Assembly (NCBI RefSeq): GCF_000008665.1
Contig: NC_000917.1
Coordinates: 1,860,001-1,892,000, forward strand
Direction of reading: 5' to 3'
Length of the DNA: 32,000 bases
DNA from: Archaeoglobus fulgidus DSM 4304
Lineage (GTDB): Archaea; Halobacteriota; Archaeoglobi; Archaeoglobales; Archaeoglobaceae
Position 1 is the stretch's first letter. Every line of letters starts with the position of its first letter. This document shows, one piece after another, positions 25,554 through 32,000 of this stretch. The notes below the pieces were generated by a model, which saw only the letters and a program-made list of their open reading frames with translations, made no database searches and had not been told where the DNA came from. The translations under genes and the position numbers were made by a program.

Positions 25554-26210
25554 TTAGGGCTCTATACCCCTGTCGGTAATCCTGTAAAAGCAGCTTTTTC
25601 CCTCCTTCATCCACCTGTGCTTGATAAGCGTGGCTTTTCTCAGCTCATTACTTCTTTCAAGGGCGATTATGACCTTTGAAAGGTGCTCAAGGCTCGGCCC
25701 GCCGAGGGGGCGGTCAACTCCAGAGCCAACATCTGTAAACATCTGGTTGGTTATCACCACGGCCACATCGTATTTCCTCGCCATTCCGAGGAGGAAGGTT
25801 AGCTGTGACGTTAGCTCCCTCTTTATCTTTATTTGCTTCCTGTCATCCTCAAGCTCGCTCCTGTAGAGGGAGGTGAAGCAGTCAACGATAACTAGCTTGA
25901 CCTTCTCGCTTCTGCAGAGCTTTTCCGCCTCCTGAATCGCCACTCCCTGCTGCCTGAACCTGTAAACCTCGTAAACGAAGACGTTGGAGAAAAGCCTCTC
26001 ATCACCGAAAATCTGCCTAACTCTCTCCCCCGAAAGACCTTCCGTGTCGATGTACGCAACTTTGAACTGCTCTGCTGCATTTTTTGCCAGCATCAAGCAC
26101 AAAGTGGTCTTCCCCGTACCTCCGTGGCCGTATATCTGAGTAACCGTTCCGGTTTCAACTCCTCCTCCGAGAAGAGAGTCTATGCACTTACTGCCCGTTG
26201 GAATCAGCAT
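25554..26210 (-). CDS. radB: DNA repair/recombination protein RadB
   Basis: MLIPTGSKCIDSLLGGGVETGTVTQIYGHGGTGKTTLCL (Walker A) and a short RecA core of about 218 aa without the N-terminal HhH domain. ATG 26208-26210 is preceded by GGTG. The track start at 26225 is a TTG. Confidence 0.88.
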   Translation of the reverse strand: MLIPTGSKCIDSLLGGGVETGTVTQIYGHGGTGKTTLCLMLAKNAAEQFKVAYIDTEGLSGERVRQIFGDERLFSNVFVYEVYRFRQQGVAIQEAEKLCRSEKVKLVIVDCFTSLYRSELEDDRKQIKIKRELTSQLTFLLGMARKYDVAVVITNQMFTDVGSGVDRPLGGPSLEHLSKVIIALERSNELRKATLIKHRWMKEGKSCFYRITDRGIEP

Positions 26211-27378
26211 TCTCTGCACCGACAATCTTCCTTACAATCTCTCTGTACACGACATGCGGCGGAATGTTCAGCTCATCCGCTATCACCGCAATGTCATCGA
26301 ACTCCGGCTTGAGATGTCTGAATCCCGGGTAGGACCTTTTCACCCTCACATCAAACTCCTTGCCGCTAATCTCAACCTTCACTACCTCCTCCATCCTTTC
26401 CGAAATCAACCTGTGGTGAACGGGTATTATTCTTATCCCAAGGCTACCGGTGAGCCTCATGACCTCCGCAGCAACCTCCTCTGACCTGTGCGTAGGAGAG
26501 ATGACCTTTAAAATGCTTGCAGGTCTCATTTTCTTGCCGTAAGCTGGGATTATCACAGCATCGAGCACGTCATCTCTTTCGAGCAGCTTCTTCATCGCGT
26601 AGCCAATCATCTCCCCGCTCAAATCGTCCACACTTGTCTCGATAACTACAATGCTGTCGTGAAAGGCAGTTTCACCGAGAATCAATCTCAGCACGTTTGG
26701 CACGTCAGTCTCCCTCTTTCCGGCGCCGTAAGAAACCTCCTTTACCCTGATGGGGAAGGGCTTGAGCGGTTTGCAGTAGTGGGAGAGGATTGCCGCGCCG
26801 GTAGGAGTCAAAAGCTCCCCCTCACCATCCATCACCACCTCCAGATTTGAGCTCTTGAGTATTTCAAGCACAGCCGGAGGAGGAACGGGATACTTCCCGT
26901 GGGAAAACTCGACGAATCCTGACCCCGCCCTAACCGGTGTGGCAAAGAATTCGTATCCAGCAGTCTTTAAATTTTCAAAAGCCTTTACACAGCAAACCAC
27001 ATCAAAAATTGCGTCATCAGCCCCAACCTCATGAAAAACACCTTCTCTGTAGTCTCTTCCGTGCACCTTTCCTTCAGCTCTGGCAATTAGCTCGAAAACT
27101 GCGATGGCATTTTTCTTCACTCCCTCCTCCAAATTTGAGCTCCTTATAATTTCCAAAACCTCCTTAAAGCTCCTCTCTCCATCTCTCTCTTCAACCTCAA
27201 CCCTCCTCGCGCTTATCCCCCTAACACTGACGGTAGTCATACTGTAATTCACATCAATACCGAGAGCCTTCACAACTTCATCTATTTCCTCCTCACTAAT
27301 ACCAACGCCGAGCAGTGATGCGAGAATCATGTCCCCGCTCGCCCCGTTGAAGGCATCGAATATTGCAACCTTCATCAA
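26188..27378 (-). CDS. larC: LarC-family nickel insertion protein (DUF111)
   Basis: MKVAIFDAFNGASGDMILASLLGVG N-terminus, HEVGADDAIFDVV, and a C-terminal ferredoxin-like domain. Family assignment by motif. Confidence 0.85.
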   Translation of the reverse strand: MMKVAIFDAFNGASGDMILASLLGVGISEEEIDEVVKALGIDVNYSMTTVSVRGISARRVEVEERDGERSFKEVLEIIRSSNLEEGVKKNAIAVFELIARAEGKVHGRDYREGVFHEVGADDAIFDVVCCVKAFENLKTAGYEFFATPVRAGSGFVEFSHGKYPVPPPAVLEILKSSNLEVVMDGEGELLTPTGAAILSHYCKPLKPFPIRVKEVSYGAGKRETDVPNVLRLILGETAFHDSIVVIETSVDDLSGEMIGYAMKKLLERDDVLDAVIIPAYGKKMRPASILKVISPTHRSEEVAAEVMRLTGSLGIRIIPVHHRLISERMEEVVKVEISGKEFDVRVKRSYPGFRHLKPEFDDIAVIADELNIPPHVVYREIVRKIVGAENADSNGQ

Positions 27379-27434
27379 ATCACCACAAGCCTTTTTTATC
27401 TCTAAAATAAAAACTGTTTAGGTGTAAAAGATTG

Positions 27435-29870
27435 ATGGGTGATAATATGGAAATCACGCTAAAGGTAAATCAGGCGTATCCGAGTGATTCAGGAAGAGGA
27501 ATAGCAAGATTGGACCCGGACACAATGTTAAAGCTTCAAATCTCCCCCGGAGACATAATAGAAATAGAGGGGGCCAGAAAGACCGTTGCAAAGGTCTGGA
27601 GAGCTCCGAAGAGGGACTGGGGGAAGAACATCATAAGGATTGACAGATTCATAAGGGAGAATGCCGGAGTTGGTGTTGGGGATGTCGTCAAGGTTAGGAA
27701 GGTTGAGTACCAGCCCGCAAAAACCGTAATCCTCGCCCCCCTCAAGAAGATGGATTTGAGGATTTACGGAGTCGATATTGGGGAGTATCTCAAGCACCAG
27801 TTTCTGAAAAGACCGGTTGTTGAAGGAGATTTAGTCCCTCTCGTTGGCTCTCCGGCCCTTTCGGGATTTGGAAGGTACAACCAGCAGAACCAAGCTGTGG
27901 TTTTCGTTGCAGTCAAGACCGAGCCCAAGGGCCCTGTGGTCATCGACGAGACAACCAAGGTCGTTTACAGGGACAGACCGGCAAAGGGCTTCGAGAGGTT
28001 CGGAAAGGCCGGAATCACTTACGAAGACATAGGAGGTTTAAAAGAGGAGCTTCAGAAGGTAAGAGAGGTCATAGAGCTGCCTTTAAGGTATCCGGAGCTC
28101 TTCCAGAGGCTCGGAATCGAGCCGCCGAAGGGTGTGCTGCTCTACGGTCCGCCGGGAACTGGAAAAACGTTGATTGCCAAAGCTGTGGCGAACGAGATCG
28201 GGGCCAGCTTCTTCACCATCAACGGTCCGGAAATCATGAGCAAGTTCTATGGAGAAAGCGAGCAAAGGCTGAGGGAGATTTTTGAAGAGGCGAAGGAGAA
28301 CGCTCCGTCGATAATCTTCATAGACGAAATCGACTCAATCGCTCCTAAGAGAGAAGAGGTCACCGGAGAAGTTGAGAGAAGAGTCGTCGCTCAGCTTCTG
28401 ACTCTGATGGACGGGCTTGAGGAGAGAGGGCAGGTTATAGTCATCGGCGCAACGAACAGAATTGACGCTGTCGATCCAGCGTTGAGAAGGCCGGGAAGGT
28501 TCGACAGGGAGATTGAGATCGGAGTGCCGGACAGAGAGGGCAGATACGAGATATTCCAGATACACACGAGGAACATGCCACTGGAGGCTAAGTACAGCAG
28601 AGAGTTCGTCCTCGATGCGATTGAGAGATTCAAGAGGCAGGTTGACGACCCTGAGCTGATAAAGAATCTCGATTTCCTCTACGACGAGATAAAGAACTCA
28701 GAGACGGAGGAGGAAGTGAAAGGAGCTGTGAAAAATCTCCTCCCGCAGGAAGTAATCGACGAGCTTGAAGTTGAGATAACTAAGGCGATGCTCCGCAGCC
28801 TTGCTGATCAAACCCACGGATTTGTTGGGGCAGACATAGAGGCTCTCTGCAAGGAGGCTGCAATGAAGGCTCTTAGGAGGTACCTGCCGCAGATTGACCT
28901 CAACGAGGACGAGATTCCGATAGAGCTGCTCGAATCGATCAGAGTGACATGGGACGACTTCATGGATGCTCTCAGAGAAATTGAGCCCTCTGCGATGAGG
29001 GAAGTTTTCGTTGAGATACCCAAGGTCACCTGGAACGACGTTGGAGGGCTTGAGGACGTTAAGAGGGAGATAATTGAGGCTGTGGAGTGGCCGCTGAAGT
29101 ACCCTGAGAAGTTCAAGAAGTTCGGAATTAAGCCGCCGAAAGGTGTGCTGCTCTACGGTCCGCCGGGAACTGGTAAAACGCTGATTGCCAAAGCTGTTGC
29201 CAACGAAAGTGAGGCGAACTTCATAAGCATCAAGGGAGGGCAGATTCTAAGCAAGTGGCTCGGAGAGAGTGAGAAGGCTGTGAGGAAGATATTCAGGAAG
29301 GCGAGGCAGGTTGCACCCTGTATAATCTTCTTCGACGAAATCGATGCAATAGCCCAAATGAGAGGCATAGACGAAGGAAGTAGAGCAGTTGAGAGGGTGC
29401 TCAACCAGCTTCTGACTGAGATGGACGGTCTCGAGGAGTTGCACGGAGTTGTAGTTATTGGCGCAACCAACCGCCCGGACATTCTCGACCCCGCATTGCT
29501 CAGGCCGGGCAGATTCGACAGAATGGTTTACGTCCGCCCACCGGACAAAAAGAGCAGACTGGCAATATTCAAGATTCACACGAGGGACATGCCCCTCTCC
29601 GAAGACGTTGACCTCGAGGAGCTTGCTGATTTGACCGAAGGGTACGTTGGAGCGGACATCGAGGCGATTTGCAGAGAGGCTGTGATGCTGGCAATCAGGG
29701 AAAACATCAACGCGGAGAAGGTGGAGATGAGGCACTTCCTTGAGGCTCTGAAGAAGATAAAGCCGAGCGTCAACGAGGCCATGCTGAACTTCTACGAGAG
29801 ATTCGAGGAGAAAATGAGGACCGAGAGAATGCAGGTTGCAGCAACAAAGCCCTTCATGGGCTACGGTTAA
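27435..29870 (+). CDS. cdc48: Cdc48/VAT-like AAA+ ATPase (double-psi-barrel N domain plus D1 plus D2)
   Basis: N domain ([25 protein letters not shown]). Two Walker A motifs GPPGTGKTL (D1 and D2), two Walker B motifs ([18 protein letters not shown]) and SRH regions ([38 protein letters not shown]). Confidence 0.95.
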   Translation: MGDNMEITLKVNQAYPSDSGRGIARLDPDTMLKLQISPGDIIEIEGARKTVAKVWRAPKRDWGKNIIRIDRFIRENAGVGVGDVVKVRKVEYQPAKTVILAPLKKMDLRIYGVDIGEYLKHQFLKRPVVEGDLVPLVGSPALSGFGRYNQQNQAVVFVAVKTEPKGPVVIDETTKVVYRDRPAKGFERFGKAGITYEDIGGLKEELQKVREVIELPLRYPELFQRLGIEPPKGVLLYGPPGTGKTLIAKAVANEIGASFFTINGPEIMSKFYGESEQRLREIFEEAKENAPSIIFIDEIDSIAPKREEVTGEVERRVVAQLLTLMDGLEERGQVIVIGATNRIDAVDPALRRPGRFDREIEIGVPDREGRYEIFQIHTRNMPLEAKYSREFVLDAIERFKRQVDDPELIKNLDFLYDEIKNSETEEEVKGAVKNLLPQEVIDELEVEITKAMLRSLADQTHGFVGADIEALCKEAAMKALRRYLPQIDLNEDEIPIELLESIRVTWDDFMDALREIEPSAMREVFVEIPKVTWNDVGGLEDVKREIIEAVEWPLKYPEKFKKFGIKPPKGVLLYGPPGTGKTLIAKAVANESEANFISIKGGQILSKWLGESEKAVRKIFRKARQVAPCIIFFDEIDAIAQMRGIDEGSRAVERVLNQLLTEMDGLEELHGVVVIGATNRPDILDPALLRPGRFDRMVYVRPPDKKSRLAIFKIHTRDMPLSEDVDLEELADLTEGYVGADIEAICREAVMLAIRENINAEKVEMRHFLEALKKIKPSVNEAMLNFYERFEEKMRTERMQVAATKPFMGYG

Positions 29871-30976
29871 GCAATTCTGAATTTTTTCATTTTCTCCTCA
29901 TCAGGCTCAAAGCCGAGGCCGGGTTGCTCAGGAAGCTTTGCATAGCCTTTCTCCAGCTCAACCTCACCATTAAGCACACCAAACATCACTTCGTTCCACC
30001 AGAGGGGGTCGAGCGGTGTTTCGATGTAGGGACATAGCTTCTCCGGAAGGGAAGCGGCGAGGTGCAGGTTAGCGAGCCATCCCAGTCCCGGGTCCCACGC
30101 ATGGGGCATAAACTTGAGGTTGAAGGCCTCAGCAAGAGCGGCGACCTTTCTGCACTCTTGTATTCCGTTCGAATAAACCGCATCTGCCTGAACGATGTCA
30201 AAAGCTCCCCCTTCAATGAGCATTCTGAACCTCTGGATGCCATGCTCCAGCTCTCCTCCAGAAATCTCAATGCTGGTGTTTTCCCTGAGCCACCTGTATC
30301 CCTCTACGTCATCCTTCCAGAGCGGCTCCTCAAGCCAGAGAACTTCAAAGTTTTCAAGCTCCTTGGCAACCTTCATTGCTTTTTTCCTGCTCCAGTAGGG
30401 TGGTGTGTAGCTCCAAGCCTGATTTGCATCAACTGAAATCTTAACATCGGAAAACTCCCTCGCTACGGCTTTCAGCACCTCCAGGTCCTCATTGATCCTT
30501 TCTCTCCTGAACCTCAGCTTCACCACATCTATTCCGAGCTCGGCGTACTTTTCAACCATTTTCACGGTTTCTTCTGCTGAAAGCAACCTGCCTGTGCTTG
30601 CGTAAACCTTGACTTTCCTTCTACCACCACCGAGCAGCCTGTAAAGCGGCAAACCTTCCCTTTTAGCAATCAGGTCCCATATGGCAACCTCCAGTGCTCC
30701 AAGCCTCTGAATCGCCCAGCTGCCCACCTCAAGCAGCCTTGCATCAACGTCTTCAATTTCAATGTCTAAGCCTTGAATCGTAAGCTTGACCGTCGTTTCG
30801 AGAAAGTGCTTGTAGGCTGCACCAAACTCAATCGCAGAGTATCCCTTGAATCCACCCGCCTCAACCTCTACTATGCTGAAAACGTAAACGGGATGTGGGA
30901 AAGGCTCCCACGAAAACTGGATTGGTTCGCGAAGTGGAATTGCAAGAGTGTGAACCTTCAAATCGCCCAGTTTCAT
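29867..30976 (-). CDS. enolase-superfamily enzyme (mandelate racemase/muconate lactonizing enzyme family)
   Basis: [16 protein letters not shown] and DIVQADA look like the three metal-ligand strands (D, E, D) of MR/MLE enzymes. ATG 30974-30976 is preceded by AAGGAG. Substrate not assignable from sequence. Confidence 0.8.
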   Translation of the reverse strand: MKLGDLKVHTLAIPLREPIQFSWEPFPHPVYVFSIVEVEAGGFKGYSAIEFGAAYKHFLETTVKLTIQGLDIEIEDVDARLLEVGSWAIQRLGALEVAIWDLIAKREGLPLYRLLGGGRRKVKVYASTGRLLSAEETVKMVEKYAELGIDVVKLRFRRERINEDLEVLKAVAREFSDVKISVDANQAWSYTPPYWSRKKAMKVAKELENFEVLWLEEPLWKDDVEGYRWLRENTSIEISGGELEHGIQRFRMLIEGGAFDIVQADAVYSNGIQECRKVAALAEAFNLKFMPHAWDPGLGWLANLHLAASLPEKLCPYIETPLDPLWWNEVMFGVLNGEVELEKGYAKLPEQPGLGFEPDEEKMKKFRIA

Positions 30977-31100
30977 GCTCCTTTTCCTCAGCACGATTAT
31001 TTATTCTTTTTGATTAATCGTATTCGATGGGTTTTAAACTCTTGCAGCCTGACAAAATCAACCTTAGCAAACTTTTTAAAATTATAATCATAAATCGAGT

Positions 31101-32000
31101 ATGGCGCAGATTTCTGGAGGAGAGTTGCTTGTGAGGTGTTTGATAAAGGAGAATGTCAGGTACATCTTTGGAGTTCCGGGAGGGCAGCTTCTCACCTTCC
31201 TCGATGCGATAAAAAGGGTTGGGGAGAAGCACGGAATGAAGTTCGTAAACTGCAGGCACGAACAGGCTGCGGCGAGCATGGCAGATGCTTACGCAAGAGT
31301 TAGCGGTGAGATTGGGGTTTGCGTTGGCACGATAGGCCCGGGTGGGGCTGATTTGGTTCCGGGAGTTTATCCTGCCTTTGCGGACAGCGTTCCCATGCTC
31401 GTAATCACAGCTCAAAACCAGACGTGGAAGAGCTACCCTGACCACGGCTCAATGCAGGCTTTAGACCAGTACCACCTCTTCAAGCCAATAACGAAGTGGA
31501 ATGCGGTGGTTTCACACTGGGAGAGGATTCCAGAACTCGTTCAGAGGGCCATAAGAATTGCCCTTTCGGGCAGGCCGGGGCCTGTGCACCTTGATTTCCC
31601 ATCTGACGTGCTCTACAACGGTCAGGAGGAGAGCTTTGCGAAGGTTTACGGGCCTGAGCGCTACAGACCGATGAAGCCCCCTGTGGGGCATCCTGAGCTG
31701 GTGGAGAAGGCTGCTGAAATGCTCTACAACGCTGAGAGACCGCTCATTCACGCAGGGACAGGGGTTCTGAGGGCTAAGGCTTGGAATGAGCTTAGAGAGC
31801 TTGCCGAGTATCTTGGAGCTGTTGTAACAACCACAATGGGCGGGAGGGGAGCAATTCCGGAAGACCACCCGCTCTGCATCCTCCCTGCAAGTCCGGCAGC
31901 AATCACAGCCCAGAACGAGGCTGATGTTATTCTGGTTGTTGGAAGCAAGATGGGCGACTTGGATTTCTGGGGAAAGCCACCAGCATGGGGTGACCCTGAG
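31101..32000 (+). CDS. thiamine-diphosphate-dependent enzyme (acetolactate synthase large-subunit-like), N-terminal 300 aa; runs off the window end
   Basis: Own translation from ATG 31101: MAQISGGELLVRCLIKENVRYIFGVPGGQLLTFLDAI...RHEQAAASMADAYARVSGEIGVCVGTIGPGGADLVPGVYPAFADSVPMLVITAQ..., the ThDP pyrimidine-binding domain with its catalytic Glu (HEQ). Open-ended, so absent from the ORF track. A TATA (AAATTATAAT) sits about 15-25 nt upstream. Confidence 0.88.
   Translation, partial: MAQISGGELLVRCLIKENVRYIFGVPGGQLLTFLDAIKRVGEKHGMKFVNCRHEQAAASMADAYARVSGEIGVCVGTIGPGGADLVPGVYPAFADSVPMLVITAQNQTWKSYPDHGSMQALDQYHLFKPITKWNAVVSHWERIPELVQRAIRIALSGRPGPVHLDFPSDVLYNGQEESFAKVYGPERYRPMKPPVGHPELVEKAAEMLYNAERPLIHAGTGVLRAKAWNELRELAEYLGAVVTTTMGGRGAIPEDHPLCILPASPAAITAQNEADVILVVGSKMGDLDFWGKPPAWGDPE

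Noticed and set aside
31014-31948. Minus-strand ORFs (143, 63, 118 and 66 aa)
   Set aside because: They are antisense to the clearly recognisable ThDP-enzyme gene that starts at 31101.
1-32000. CRISPR arrays, rRNA genes, box C/D sRNAs in intergenic spacers, and known defence-system genes
   Set aside because: I saw no regularly spaced direct repeats and no rRNA-like sequence. No spacer showed a convincing RUGAUGA...CUGA pairing, although the manual scan was limited to intergenic regions. No nuclease, ATPase or methylase clusters resembling defence islands were seen.

Overview
The window reads as a euryarchaeal chromosome, most likely Archaeoglobus fulgidus or a close relative. That guess comes from memory of the flpA-nop5-RFAP synthase adjacency and from a 1214-bp IS matching the name ISA1214; it is not database-verified. 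Gene density is high, with many overlapping start/stop codons and TATA boxes about 25 nt upstream of ATGs (leaderless or short-leader mRNAs).

Gene order:
- A ribosomal cluster on the minus strand: aIF6, L31e, L39e, PDCD5-like, S19e, YhbY/CRM.
- argC, a DUF167 gene, ftr, and thiE-thiM.
- A six-gene minus-strand operon (5.6-10.1 kb). It encodes three paralogous small secreted proteins with an NPNYPGYG motif, a dedicated SipW/Sec11-type signal peptidase with a large membrane extension, an adhesin-like secreted protein and a bitopic membrane protein. Two small wHTH genes sit just upstream.
- The membrane and biotin subunits of a Na+-pumping decarboxylase, then fibrillarin, Nop5 and RFAP synthase.
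- A giant, reconstructed 2556-aa secreted multi-domain adhesin-like gene split by a 1214-bp IS with a perfect 10-bp target duplication.
- A 245-aa hypothetical, tRNA-Ala(GGC), a small ORF plus pth2, radB, larC, a Cdc48/VAT ATPase carrying a D1 insertion, an enolase-superfamily gene and the start of a ThDP enzyme.

The best candidate for an undescribed system is the signal-peptidase-linked fibre/pilus-like operon. It resembles TasA/SipW logic and is clearly not a type IV pilus. All family assignments rest on motif recognition by eye; no searches were run.
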